Below are positions 40,198 through 54,588 of a stretch of DNA of 64,000 bases, piece after piece. Each line of letters opens with the position of its first letter. Position 1 is the first letter of the stretch. Below the pieces are notes generated by a model. The model had not been told where the DNA came from and made no database searches. It worked only from the letters and a program-made list of their open reading frames with translations. The DNA is from Euprymna scolopes (lineage: Eukaryota): the NCBI GenBank assembly GCA_053919585.1, contig CM132789.1; one strand, written 5' to 3'. Made by a program: the position numbers and the translations under genes.

Positions 40198-40871
40198 GTT
40201 GCTATGCAAGCAGTGAATGAACAATGTTTTGACATTGTCCAAATACCTAAGCTCAATTTGTTTATACAAAGAGTATCGCTTTATACGCTAATGGTAATTT
40301 GTATATCACTTCCCAAATGCTCAACCTAAGATAGGAAACAAAAAGATATCTAATCATTTTGTTTAATTTTATTTTAGTTGAAGTTCTCTGACAGCAATGG
40401 GCTTCTTCCTAGGGCTAACACTTGATCCCTACATGAGATACATAGATATTTGAATATTCCATTAAATCTCCTTTACCTCTCAAACACTGAGGTAGTAAAG
40501 AAGTTAAGAATATTAATTTTCCTTTCCCCAATTGACTAGTTATATATATTAATAGTAATAATATATTATAGTAAATCTTTCTTGTAATCTCTTGGTCTTA
40601 CTGCATTCCAAAACAAGAATTCATCTAGTCTGGTAAAGTATCCATCTTAGTGCTATTTACAATAAGCAGCATCACTTAGAGAAAGTATATCATTCCTCAT
40701 ATGTGTGTTAGCTATACTGAGGTGATCTTATTTTGGACGTAAATACTATGTGATTTTGAATATTTATTCAATGTTTACTTATTAGATAAAAGTATCCTCA
40801 TGTCAGGTTGTCTTGACAAACCCTTTAGAAATTCAAGGATAGTGTATAGTAGGCATTCAAGTTCTGTTCTC

Positions 40872-40903
<32 letters not shown>

Positions 40904-40910
40904 AGAGAGA

Positions 40911-40944
<34 letters not shown>

Positions 40945-41074
40945 TGGTACCATGTAACTCAGTACTACCTGCCTCATGGTCAGTCGCCAGCAACTAAATA
41001 TTTATTGAGATCATAAACCAATTGATAATATTTTTTTCTTGGCAATATATCTTTATTTGGTCAATGCCTGCATT

Positions 41075-41855
41075 AAAAAAAGAACTGTAATGGATGAGAC
41101 CGATCACAGACCACCAAACAGTCAACATGACCTTCTTTTGATGCAACTCTAGTTTCCGGAAGTGTCATGGAGCTTTGCTGGCATCTAACCACTGAGCTGA
41201 GTGTCGCTGGTTATCATAAAGAACCCATTTTTCATAAGTTACAACCAGGTCAAGAAACAGATCGTCATTGTTGCATAAAAGAAGGGAAGATGACACTTCA
41301 TAATGGTGTTTGTTTTGGTCTTCATTCAATTCATGAGGCACCTATTTGATAAGTTTTTTGTCTTTCCAATCTCTCTCAAGTAGTTAGAAGTTGTTGTATA
41401 CGTTACATCTAACTTAGAAGCAAGTTCTTAAACAGTTGTGTGTGGATTAGCTTTGACTAAGGCTCCTAATTGATTGTTGTCAACATCCGATGGCCGACCA
41501 CTACTCTCCTCATCTTCAAGACTCTCATTGCTGCCACAAAATTTCTTAAGCCACCATTGTGCTGTGCGTTCAGTAGTGGTTCCTGTGCCAAACACTTTGT
41601 TGATATTGCAAGCCATTTCTGCCTAGCTTGAATTGAAATAAGAAAATTGTGTGAATTTGCTTTTTTCCCATCTTTTATTCAACATTCTGAAAAGAAGACT
41701 GTTTTAAAACGCTTGTAATTTAAACGATTAGATAAAGCGAAAAACGCCATTTTAAATGATGTATAAAGGAAAGTTATTATAATGAAAACTTACTTGAAAA
41801 TGTATCATTTGAAATCAAAATTAAAAATTCTGCAAGAACCTTCTTGTCAACTTTA
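41075..41855 (-). mobile_element. Mariner transposon 5' half, decayed (same family as 30095-30746)
   Basis: HTH region NINKVFG..TTERTAQWWLKKF..LEDEESSGRPS; overlaps in sequence with the 5' part of 30095-30746; matching TIR CTTCTTGTCAAC. Confidence 0.85.
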
Positions 41856-43204
41856 CTTGATTCCAACTGAATCTACTAAAATTATTATGGACGTAAGAAT
41901 ATTTCCTTTTATTATTGCAAATAAAACAAGCGACTTGATCGCTCACATCAATAAACTTTGAAATTTGTTTACCAAGACAGTAATTAATTATAAGAACAAT
42001 GTCAAGAATGTAACTTTATAGCTTTAGCAATAATATTAACTGATTTTGTGATTATGATATCATAAATCGTTTGCATAGACAAGTTCTGGTTAAAACTATG
42101 TTGACATCATTTTTTTTCAGATTAGAGAAGTTAAAAGCCAATTTCTGGTCATATTTAGATTTAAATATACCAGGTGCTGTAGGCAAAAAAAATATATATA
42201 TATACCACACCCAAGTATATTAATTGATACCAACTTTACTGGGATGGTTCAGACTATCTGTTCCATTTAACATTATAAAACCAGGATAAGCATCAGACCT
42301 AAGACCCCCATTCGTCCATTCATGAAGTATTGTTGCCACGTCTGGATTAGTGCACCCATTGCTAGTTTCTCTCTAATAGACAGGGTCAATGAAAGAGTCT
42401 CCAATCAAATAGGTCCCACGTTGTGAACCAAACTCCAACCCTTGCTTTACAAATGCTTTATTGGTATGCGTTCTGATAAACTCGTGGCATTTGTGCCCCC
42501 CTCTATGTAAATATCTCCAAATAACAAAATCCCACCTCTTCACAATAGAGATCCCCAGATGCCGAAAAGTCTTCTACTCTAATAGCTTCTTCCCTTGAAC
42601 TGCTAGACTTTAGAATTCCCTCCCTATTTCTTGCTTCACTATCTGTACTAATGTAGGAATTCAAGTGTAATGCACATATCTCATTGCTCAACTCCCTACT
42701 TAGAGTGATCCTGTAGACATGTTCTCTAATATAAACCCGTTACATCTGAGAGGCAAAGTGCCTTTTTACAGGTGAATAAGAAGTAAAAAAAAAAAAAAAA
42801 GAAACATTCCAGGAAAAAGATGACCATGACTACTATTACTACTACTGCTACTGCAGCATTAGACACTTTGATGGATATTTAGCAGAATCTGAACTAACTG
42901 AAAGTTATACTGATGTGTTAAAGAATGTTAGAGGAGCTATAAGACCAGAGAAGTTAAGAGTCTAGTCATAATTAGATGGGTGACCATTTAAGAATATCAT
43001 GTGCTGTATCTCTACTCTATCATTATTTTATCGTAGGTACTCAACTGAGTTACTAGCTGTAGTCTTTCTCCCTCGTAGAACATTGACAGCAGACACTCAT
43101 CTTTGTCTAACTTCAAAAACTGCCAACAATTTTTTTTTATTTATCTTTGCCTAAACCTAAACGTAAATTCTATGAGCAAAGCTTCTTTCCTAGAATTACC
43201 AATC

Positions 43205-44026
43205 AATTCAGGTAACTTTATTATGTAGTAGAACTGATATTTATTCAATGTAGCCGCCTTCAGCCTCAATCACAGCCTTGATACAGGTCCAGAACTGGGA
43301 GTATGCCTTTTCCACAAGCACCGGCGGGAGCTTGGCAAATACTCAGCTGATGGTGGTAATCAGGCTGGCTTTGATGTTGTGGGAGATCATGTTGATGTTC
43401 TCAGCGTATGACTAAATGAAGTAGTCCAGCAGGTTCAGGTCAGGAAAGTAGAGGCCAGTGAGAGAAGGGTACAAAGTCGTAGCACTCCTTATTAAGCCAA
43501 GCCTTGGTCTCTTTGGACATGTGGGTCAGCGCCGAGTCCTGCTGCCACACCCAGAGTCTGCCAGAAACCACCTGATTGCACCAGCGATCACCATACTTAC
43601 TCTTCAGCACATCCAGGTATACTTTGGTGTTCACTTTCAAGCCGACTTCGAAGATGTGAGTTGGCATGATGTGGCCCTCAATTGAAACCACACTAAAGAC
43701 TATAACCATGGCCAGAAACTCCATTGAGCTATGCCCTCAAGCATTGAACTGTCTGGATTTGCATTTTGAGAGTGCTTGCAATGATCCTGTTGTCATAACT
43801 TGGATCGGTAGAGAGCATGAGTTGTACAGTGGCGCATCTCCGATCTCACTTATTGAACATTGTGTCACTTTCAGAAATGATAGAAGGCTCCTATCACTCT
43901 TGGGGTTTGTCCACAACTGGTCAACTAGTAGATGGTCTGCAACAAAAAAAAGAAGTCCGGTTTTCATCAAAGAGAAATGGAATCATGTCATCTTTTCTAG
44001 GGCGATAATTTTATCGTTCCACCCTG
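43205..44026 (-). mobile_element. Tc1/mariner superfamily (maT/DD37D-like) fragment
   Basis: KVNTKVYLDVLK..WVWQQDSA..HMSKETKAWL..HWP followed by a frameshifted PDLNLLDYF; terminus TA|CAGGGTGGAACGAT. Confidence 0.8.
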
Positions 44027-44877
44027 TATAACTGGTGATAGATTAGTGGGGTCAGTGGGATGCTTCAACCTATCTTTTCCTCTTAACATTATTAAACCAA
44101 GAATAAACATCGGACCTAAGACAATTTCGGGCTTACAAAAAAGTATCACTACTACTACTACTACTGCTATTTAGGGATGACATGTTTACTAGAACATCTC
44201 AACTTACTGAATATTATACTGATGTGTTCAGGAAAGTGAAAGTAGAAACAAAATATAATGAAACGTTGAGTTTTTTTATATAACGTTTTTTTGCGGGATG
44301 GGGGTGATAATATATACATAAATAATTTTCTAGGCCTTTATTTGGAATTTTAATTTAAATACTAATGAACGTATTTTAAAAATTTACGTGGTTTGGTTCT
44401 AAGAATATTTCGGTATTTATATAAAAATTTGATAATTTTGATTGCACAAAAGCTGTATTAAAAGGGCTATTGAAACGAGAAGTGATTGTAAAAGGGAGTA
44501 GAGACAGGAGGATTATTAGTAATACCAACGTAAGAGGAGAGTTCAAAAATTACAATAATGAATTAATTCTAGACGGTCGCTTGTCTTGTCAGTCACCATA
44601 GCAACAAGGGTTTTAATTGGATCGCATTGTTTAATCCAGCAATTGCATGATTTTAAAGTTTTTTTTTGTTTTGTTTTTTTGTAACTGACATCTTGATTTA
44701 TGAAATATTGTTAATTTCCATTAAATTGACAGTAGACAGTAATTTTATTCTCTTACTCCCTGCATGCATTTAAAAAACAAATCGTACTTACCATCACAGT
44801 CATGTGTGAGTGCAATGATATTGTGAGGTCTGTATTTTTGCTGGACATCCATTGAAACAGCAAACAAAAACAACGTG

Positions 44878-45545
44878 ATTTTATGTTTTTGAGTTAAGAT
44901 TATTTGGATTATACTACTGTTCTCATCTTGATTGTTATTTTCACAACGTTTCGATCGATGTAACCTTCAATTTTCTTAAGGTGAATTGTTTCAAACTTGA
45001 GAATCTTTCTGTCAAACTCTGTAATCTGCATGGAATTTCAAATGGAACTTTTTTTTTATGCGTAGTATGCCCTCGTTTTTTTTTGGGGGGGGGGGTTCAG
45101 CCATAACTGCGTAGAAGTCCTAATTCACAATCGTATTTTGAGTGTCACTCACATTGAGGATTGAACCACCAATTTCCAGAAGAGTGATGTAGCAGATAAA
45201 ATATTTGATAAAAATTAGTTGTAATTCTTCTGGAGGTTGAAGGTTCAAGTATGGTGCAGGCGACATTAAAAATGCAATTGCGAATTAATTGGTATTTCTA
45301 TTCAGTAATGGCTGACAAAACGAGCATACTATCCTGCTACCCTGGTGGATTAAATAAAGAGTTCCATTCGAAATTCCATACAGATTCTCCATTTCAACAG
45401 AAAGATTCCCGCATTTAACAAGAAACACCTGAAAGAGATCAGAGATTACATCAACCAAAATGCTTTGAAAAAAAACAAAAAAAAAAAAAAAAACAAACAA
45501 ACTCAAGATGAGAACAGTAGTCTAAAGAATCCAAATAATACAAAC
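44878..45545. mobile_element. Hammerhead-bearing SINE-like family A, inverted pair
   Basis: Minus arm ~44878-45200 and plus arm ~45225-45545. Both retain the B-box region at the centre; hammerhead cores are degenerate. Confidence 0.8.
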
Positions 45546-45925
45546 ATTTGACTTTGTTTTATTTATAATATTATAAATTGAAAGGAGTTTACACTAATAT
45601 CCGCCATGAAGAATAAAAGCGACATTTTATTTTTATTTATAACTTGAAAATTGTCTAAATTAAAAGATAAGAATAAAAATAGTAATATGGGGTTAAAGGG
45701 ACAGTAAGGGGTCATTATTCATTCCGGAAATACGAGAGGAGGTTAGTAGTTAATTAATTTAAAGATAGATAGAAATAAAAGTTAAGAACGGTATGTGTTA
45801 GAAGGTTGCTTTGAGATGGTTTGACAAAAATGAAACCAGCAAAATAATACCTGACAAAATTAAAAAAGGAAAAAGAAAAAGTGATAAATGAAAACAGACA
45901 GTAAAAGAACAGGTTTATTTGGAGT

Positions 45926-46164
45926 TATTGGAGAGGATAGAGTAAGAGGTTAAATAGGAGTAATTAAGAAAGAAGAAAAGAAAGGTATAGACATTAGAAT
46001 GGAAGGAATTTTTTTTTTCAAATTCATTGGAGAGGATAGAGTAAGAGATTGAATGGAGGGGGTAAATAAAAAAGGAGAAAAGAAAGATGTAGACATTGGA
46101 GTGGGAAGAATTTTTTTTTAAAATTATTTATTGGAGAGAATAGAGTAAGAGATTGAATGAAGAG

Positions 46165-46235
<71 letters not shown>
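45926..46235. repeat. Purine-rich ~100-bp tandem repeat (about 2.5-3 units) ending in (GA)n
   Basis: ATTGGAGAG.ATAGAGTAAGAG recurs at ~45928, 46026 and 46130. Confidence 0.8.
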
Positions 46236-46238
<3 letters not shown>

Positions 46239-48084
46239 GGAGGTGTAGATATCAGTGAGAGGTTGTTTTTTTATATAACTTGCATTGCATGGATCAGGAA
46301 AAGTCAAAAAAGAAATAATGAAATTAAGATTAAAGAAAACTTGATACATGAAAAAAGAGAGAAAAAAAGATGAATGGGATTTAATAGAAAAGAATGAAGA
46401 AATTAAGACAAACAAGCAAGTGAAAAAAAAAAAAAAAAAAAAAAAATATGCCGAAAGTTTTAAGCAAAAGAATGAAACAATCTTTAAAAAGAAAAGAAAG
46501 AAAAAAGTGGGCGGAAACCTATAATTTTTTTTTTTTTTCATTTCGTGTTCATCTTCAAAGACAGAAACAGCTTACGTTTCTGTAATTTTTTTTGTTCTTG
46601 CTCGAGAATAATTTCTGAGATAAATCGGAGCAAATTTATACAAAATTACAAGGTTCTCTTTTGGCCTTATAAAACTAAGAAAGCGATACGGTTTTCATCG
46701 ACGTTTGGAAATTAATGTGTTGGATACTGTAAGTGAATCAATAACTTTTAAACTTTAAATGTAATTTTCGATCTGATATTTTCACTATTGATCTATGTCA
46801 GTGTTTTCCAAACTCGTTTTTTTTTTTTTTTTTTGTACAAGTTCATAATTCAGCCTAATTAAAAAATAAAAATACAAGAAAACCTTTATGCTGTACACAC
46901 TCTTCACAAAACGAAAATATTATGTTTCAGAAATAAAAATCATGTAAATTGATCAAGTATTTTTTTAATTAAGAAAATCAAATTTAATTACTAAGTGAAA
47001 TGTTGTATTTTGATCAGCCATGTTTAATAAGTAAGAAGATAACTCGATTTGAACTACCGAAACCATAACCAGTGTTGTAATGGCTACAATGTAGTGTTAA
47101 ACTCGCTAAAAATTGCAACAAAATGATTTTCTCTATAAACAAAAATCTACTTCATTAATTTACATGAATTTAAAAGATTTTCTGTATTTTTGCTTTTTAA
47201 TGAGGTTGAATTCTGGATAAGAACCTTTTTGTTTCTGGAAAGGCCCAAATTATATATATGTTTAAGATGGTATTAGAGTGGTACCAATTTAAAAGATGAA
47301 ATTTGGACGCTAAAATCTACACAATCGAAAATGGTCTATCATCTGCCTTTGCTTTTTTTTAATGCACATTAATGTATAATTATGATCATTTAAAAAAAGA
47401 CAATTCTTCATTTTAATTTTGGTTTATTTTAAATCAACGAAAGCGGAAAAGAAAAATTGTATTCTTAAAAATTAATTCTAATTAATGTATATGAATAAAA
47501 AAAAAAGGACTAACGTTGGATTTCAAACCATTTTTTAATTCTGCAGGTTTGAAGGGTTCAAAATTAATCTTTAAAATTGGTACTGCTCTAATACATTAGC
47601 ACGCATTTAGATTTATGTGTTAAATTTAGAAATTCAAAATATAGGTGAATACAGGTCTGCTATTTTATAGATAATATTCAGTTAAAAAAAATATATTTTT
47701 TTTTTATCAATGAAATCCAAAATGCAGTGATGATTTTATTTTTTCATATATTTATCCAAAAAACGATTTTTTTTCTTTATATTCAAAATATTTTAATAAA
47801 TACAATTATGAAAATTGGATTAATATGTAAAATATGTTACTTATTATGGTCTCCTCTGTCTATTTTTTTAATTTTTTTTTAGTTTACAGGCTGAACAAGA
47901 TCATCTTGCTCGAGAGATTTTATCCGTGGGTTCTAGTTTGGTTACTCACGATCTATGTGCTGTTCACTGCAACTACATTAAATATTTGTTTAAAAACAAA
48001 AAGGATGAAATTATGTTAAATAATATTTATCATTGCTTTTTTCATCTGTGATATAAGATTTTTTTTTCTTTTTACCTGTAAACA

Positions 48085-48865
48085 TTGTTTCTGAGTTTTT
48101 AAGATGAGGATTGATAATTCATATTATTTGGAATATTCAGACGTCTGTTCTCATCTTGAGTGTTATCTTTACAACGTTTCGACCGATGTGACCTCTAGCC
48201 TTCTTCACATGAGCCTGTTATCCTCGTAGATTGAATGTAAGGTTCCATTTTGAATTCTGTGCAGATTCCCAAGTTTGACAGAAAGATTCCTGAGTTCAAC
48301 AAGATACACCCGAAGAAGGCTGTAGGTTACATCAACCGAAACATTGTGAAAATAACGCTTAAGATGAAACAGTAGTCTGAATAATGTAAAAATGTAATTT
48401 GGATTATTTGAATTACTGTGCTCATCTTGGATGTTATTCTCACAATATTTCGACTGATGTAACCTCTGACCTTCAGGTGTATCTTGTCAAATTCTGGAAA
48501 CGTTTTGTCAAACCATAACGAGCCGTGGCATAATGGATAGAATGCTAAGTAAGTATCAGTTCTGGGTAACAGTCTTCTGGAAGATGGAGGTTCAATGCTC
48601 CGTGTGGATGATACTAAGATTGCAATTACAAATTACTTAAGACGTCTAACCTATCATGGCTCATGAAACAAAAATATGTTATCTCCATGGATTAAATAAA
48701 TGGTTCCATTTGGAATTATGTACACATTCACAAAATACACCTGAAAAAGGTCAGAGGTTCCATTGGTCGAAATGTGAGAATAACATCAAAAATGAGTATA
48801 GTAATTCGAATAACCCCCAAAATACAATTTATCAATCCTCATCTTTGAAATTCCAAAATATGTAA
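48085..48865. mobile_element. Hammerhead-bearing SINE-like family A, two adjacent inverted pairs; last arm has a complete tRNA-like head
   Basis: Arms ~48085-48225 (-), 48238-48390 (+), 48397-48512 (-), 48521-48865 (+). A box TGGCATAATGG at 48526-48536 and B box GGTTCAATGC at 48589-48598. Confidence 0.82.
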
Positions 48866-48891
48866 AAATGTATATATGCATACAACTGTCA

Positions 48892-48965
<74 letters not shown>

Positions 48966-50234
48966 CTATAACTATCAACTGGTTATTGAAATAAATATTA
49001 ACAATTATTTTTGATTATATATATACGTCGAATGGGTGGTGCATTAATTCACTGGGAGAGATGTACTTCTTCGTTAAGACATGCATCTAGGAGAAGGGTA
49101 ATCTTATATAAAAATCTGTGGTCTACTCTATGCGCTGTCTTGTGGCAGCCATTGCACCGACAAAGATTAGTAGTAATAGTAAAAGTGTAGTTGGTTCTAC
49201 ACACAGCCTTCATCACCATAAACAAATTATCTGTGTGGATTTCTGAACAACTTAGTTATTGTGGTGGAATCTCATACATTGAAATCGATGGGAGAGTCCA
49301 TAGAGAGAGAAAGAAATTAAATTACTAAACTAATATAAGATCATTTACATGTATTTATCTTGACTTCTTTGAACATATGTAAATGATTTTTATGATCAAT
49401 TAATTTCATTTACCTCCCATTTAATCTTCTTTGGCTCTAGGTGATCTAACTCCCCTCTGTTGAGCTGATTACTTATCTTTGCTTTCAGGATAACTGGTTT
49501 TAATTTATATGCTTTGCTCTATTTTAAAAGGTTTAGCTATGTAATTAATTCCCTTTGTTGTTCTCATGTTCTGGCTTCAGACCATTATTTCTTATATATA
49601 ATGTGTGTGTGTGTGTGTAAGTAAAGACAATTTTTCCTCCATAGTTTTGTGATTAATAGCGTTTTCACAATGTAGATAATTAAATCTTCTTTGTTAGTCA
49701 TGTCTGCCAAAAATTGATCAGTGTTGTTAAAAACAAAAACATATGTATATTTTAAATCAATTTCATGGATTTTAATATTTAATCCTGACAATATTTAATT
49801 TTTGATTAGTCATAAAGGAGGCAAATAAGATTTATTCTTACTGTCAGAAGTCCTAACTCTGCCACCATCCACTAATCTAATAACAGACAACTTTTTGCTA
49901 TTCACCAATTCATTAACTGTTGCTCCCCCTTTTCTTACCATTTGATAAGTGGCTGGCTTGCATTCAACTCTAAAGAGAGAGAAAAAGAGAAAAAAAAAAG
50001 ACAATCTGGTTTATGTATTTAAAAGTGTTACCATTTGTATTTTCCAGCATAGATTAATCGTCCAGTGCAATGTACATAGAGACAAAGGTTGTGCGTTCAA
50101 AGATTTTATTCCGATTTTTCACAAACTGAACTTAGACATTTCAAATTAAAATATTATGCAAATTTTAAAAACTTTTTTGTTTTCTGTAATCTATGGAATT
50201 CATAGGATATCAGGTGATGCCGGTAGTCTTGCTA

Positions 50235-50267
<33 letters not shown>

Positions 50268-50271
<4 letters not shown>

Positions 50272-50911
50272 TACAATTATATAAATGCAACTTTGTGTTT
50301 GTGAGTTCGTTCCTTTAGACTCCAAAACGGCTAAACAGATTTTTCTTTAAAATTTACAGAACTTTAGTGTATAAGTCTGGGAGTGATCTTAAGTTTTGTC
50401 TCGGAATCGATACCATTATTTTAATTTACCATCGTAAAGCCATTTTTTCCATGTTGTCGCTTAGTAACAATGAGAGAACAATGGGCTGTGAAAATTCTAT
50501 TGTGAGTAAGTTGATAGCGTGTTTTTTTGTTTTTGCATAATATGGACTGTAGGTTCAAACTCCACACGTAATTTTCTTAATTTTTTTTCATTAACTGCAA
50601 AGAATTTTGTAAGACTTGAAAATTTACATGGTTTTTTTTTTAATACTTTTTTTTTGCATAACGTGTTGTGTAGGTTAAAACCCCACACATAAATTTCTTA
50701 ATGTTTATTTTTTGTTACCTGGAAAGAAGTTTATATAAAATATAAGAGTGAAATGTAGAATAACATATTTTGGACTAAGTTACTGCATGGAGGCATGTGA
50801 AGTTTTTTCCCCACGGGCGATTTCACGGATTTTGATGACAATAAAAATATAGGAGTGTGAAATATTTGTTGATCATCATTCAATCCCGGGCAATATCGGG
50901 TCTCCCTTCTA

Positions 50912-50912
<1 letters not shown>
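50268..50912 (+). mobile_element. Non-autonomous Helitron
   Basis: 5' TC start after (TA)n, subterminal hairpin CCCG..CGGG and 3' CTAG|T. A second Helitron-like 3' end (GCCGGTAGTCTTGCTAG|T) lies at ~50219-50235. Confidence 0.65.
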
Positions 50913-50962
<50 letters not shown>

Positions 50963-53704
50963 GTGTTTGTGAATTTTACAGACTATGCTGAAATAATAAT
51001 GCTATTACTTAGGAAGCCATTCTGAGCATGGATGGGGGGGGGTCTTTGTTAACTATTCTGTACTTTCACTGAACAATTTAATATATAAACAATACCATGA
51101 AAATTGAATTTAACTTGAAAATCTTATCTAAAAAATAGCATGGTGCAGAAACGTGTATGCTGATTTTATACACCGGGCCCTTCTGCTTGTGCAGTGATAA
51201 AACTTCTCAAATGCACTTGTGATGTTAGGCTGTTTAAGGGTGTTAACTTTGGTTAAAGTCCGACTCTTCCTTCTTTAATCAGATTCAAATTTTTTCAAAA
51301 ATCGATTTTTGATACAAAACCCATCTAATAGCATCCCAGAAATAAAGTACATTTGTGTGAAATTTTTAAAAAATCATCCCAGTTGTTTCGAAGTCCATAG
51401 GGAACAAACTCTCTCATACACACATACATAGGCACAGACAAACTGCCTTTTATATATAAGTAGAGGTTATACACGTGTTTTCATTGAGAACCTAGTTTTT
51501 TTTTTATCTATATTAATACAATCACTTGGACGTTAATACTTAGTTTTTGTAAGAGGTTTATTGATGCAAACGCGCAACATTCACAAATAGACTGATGGAT
51601 CTCTAGACTTTCCGGTCAGATACAGATAGACATACAAATACATAACTCATCTTGTTAGGTTATGTTTCACATCTGTCTGCTTGAGCTGTCAGCTGAAAAG
51701 AGTGATTTCCCCTTTTCTGCAAGTCACGTGGTTTCATCAGCTTTCTTAATTAAAGATTAAACTTTTACCTCCCTTCTATCAATCACACTTCCATTCGACT
51801 AATGGGCACATATGTGAAAAATTAGGGTTATATTGGTGCTGTTCTCTTAGTCCCAAAGCCACCAGTATTATTGCAATGGACTTTTCTCTGTTGACCAAGG
51901 TATGGCTTTGGTCCTATGCAATTCTAAGAGGTCCACCCTCACAGACTTTGACTTCTTCCCTTGAGAAGTAGCTAGTTTATTGGTGAGGCGTTCCTACTGA
52001 AAATGTCTGCCCAGGTATTTTTTGCAGACTAGAGTTCCCTTCCTCTAGGGCGGTGGCTCTTCAATCCCACTTTTTGACGGTTATGTCACTATCATCCCGC
52101 TATGGGGGAGGGGAGATGAAGATTTAGACATTGAGATTTCATACCGATAAATATTTTTCTGTGGACAGATTGAAAAATTAATTGTGATATTTGTTTTGTA
52201 CCTTTATCTTTGTGAATGCAGAATCCTGTGGATATGTTCTCATCCATGTTAACATCAAAGCAGGAACATTTTGAATCACTAATAATTTCTATATATCTCA
52301 AATGTCAAATAGTTTTTAGGAGTGCTTTTTTATCTAGGTTATTATAATCAGTTTTTCATCTAATTTATCTGAAGGCACGGGTGTTGTTGTCTTCAAGTCC
52401 AACGTAACAAGTTCTTGATGAATCGTCCCCCTAAGTAATCCAATTCTCAAAATGTCCACTACTTATGATTATTATGCTATAACCCCATTGACTAATGTAT
52501 ACCCATTAACCCTTATCCTCAAGTGGCCTTTGGGACTTGATAAGTAGTAACTCCTTTGTAAAAAAACAAAAAACAACAAAACAATATTCTTGGATTCTTT
52601 TAGGTGTCGACTAGATGGTGAAATCTGGGGAAAACTGATTTTTCTAACCAGGTCTTATAGAAGTTTCTAATTTTGCACTGGCTTATTATTTTCGCATGTA
52701 CGTGTTACTTTTGAGGAATTGAAAAAGATTTTCTTTGGCTGAAAATACTTTGGCTTAAACACGTTCATGTGAAAACTTGTTTGTTTAAGGAAGGGACAAG
52801 AAAAGTGAATCCTAACAAAGTGGAGAGAGAAAGAGAGTAGCAATTCAAGCCATTTTCTTTTTAGTTTGTAGAAATTAGTCCGCGATTCAACCACCACAAT
52901 GCATTTTTTTTATTACTGGTTTTTCACCCCAAACAAGGCACAGTGGCATTTGGATGTAAGGGGCTACTATTTAGGACAAAATTTGCAGAGATACTGTATA
53001 GGGAGTTGAGCAGCAAGATTTTTGTTCACATTACACTTAAACTTCTGCATGTTAGTACAGTCAGAAAAGCAGGGACCCAGGAAGGAATTTCAAAGTTTAG
53101 CGGTTCAAGGGAAGAAACTTTGAGTAAAAGGCTTTCCGACATGTAGGGATCTCTACAGTGTAGGGGTGGAATTTTGCTACATGTCAGGTTAGTCGGGGGG
53201 TATTTACGTAGAGGTGGGTACAAGGGCTTGGAGTTCATCAGAGCACATTCCATTAAAATACTTGTAAAATAGGCACATGAGTGCAACATTTCTACGTTCT
53301 AGTCTTGACAGATCCATGCAGTTACTTTCACTAGGGATGTTAGCAATCGTTACATGGTCCTATCTGTCATTCTATCAGATGAAGGGGGTGGGGTAAATTA
53401 ATTCTAACAAAACAGAATTTAAAAAATCAAATAAGTACAAAAACAATTGTAATCTTTCCAGTTTATTTTTTTTACGCTTCTTTTAATTTATATTTTTTTT
53501 TTGCGTCCTCCTCCCCCTCGATAATGAGCAACCACGTTTTCAAAGTAGGTTGTTTACTTTTTCATTTCATCCTTTGAGAAAAACAAAAGAAGCCAAAGAA
53601 TCTCTCTTTATCACTTTTGAGGGTAAAAGTTTTTTGTTTGTTTTTGTTTTTTCCACTGTCTGTTATTGTCATAGGTAATTCATTTGGATTAAGACAGCTG
53701 ACAC

Positions 53705-53717
53705 CCAGCAGATGGCA
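53705..53717 (+). promoter_or_regulatory. CTCF-like core motif
   Basis: CCAGCAGATGGCA matches CCASYAGRKGGCR and lies in apparently non-repetitive sequence next to the E-box CAGCTG. Confidence 0.35.
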
Positions 53718-54545
53718 ACAGGTAGGCAGAAGTCAACAAAGGGACAACATCCACCAACCGCAACCCTAACATCTCGCACGTCTGTCTGTTGCATTGTTTT
53801 TATTCTTTTAGCCCCCCCCCCCACACACTTTTCACTTTTTATCTCTATTTGTCCATCTTTTCACTTTCAATTCAAAAGCATTTTAAAACAGTTTAGGAAT
53901 ATTGGAGGCACACACACACACACACACACATACATCTCTCTGTGTGTGCGCATCTACATTTGTTTGTCTATGTGTGATATGATGATGATGATTGCAACGT
54001 CTCTTGTCAGACGAGTGCCACTCCCTCAGACACTTAAAGTCCTTGAGCTCAAAAATGACTTCCATCGCCATAGGACCATTTTAATAGACAAATGCCTGAG
54101 GGAGTATCTATACACAGATGATGTACGACAGCTAAGTTGCTCTCTCGGTTCAAAATGTTGAGATCCAGCAACAAGCAAGAGCAAGATAGCCAGCAACAAG
54201 TTAAACTGCAGACCAACTTAATGCGGGTACTGGTCTCTCACTTTATGGTTTTTTAAATAAGAGATTTGCTTCTCCTAGAAAGGTTGCCTTCACCACGGCC
54301 TATGGGAGCCCTCTCCACCCCAACACACACATACATACACACAAACACATACAGTGCTAGTTGGCCGTTAATCCCGAAAAGGGGTTCATTCACACTTTGA
54401 GAGGTCTTGTTTTTAATCCTTCAGGGAGACTAGCCACCCTCCTCACCAAACAAGTCTGGTGGGGGAACCAGTTTAGTCGCTGATGACCAACCATGAGGCA
54501 AGTAGTACTGGGTACCAGTAGCATATGACATGACTTGACATACAC

Positions 54546-54588
<43 letters not shown>

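Noticed and set aside
53712-54161. 149-aa ORF
   Set aside because: Runs through a (CA)n tract, with no recognisable domain.
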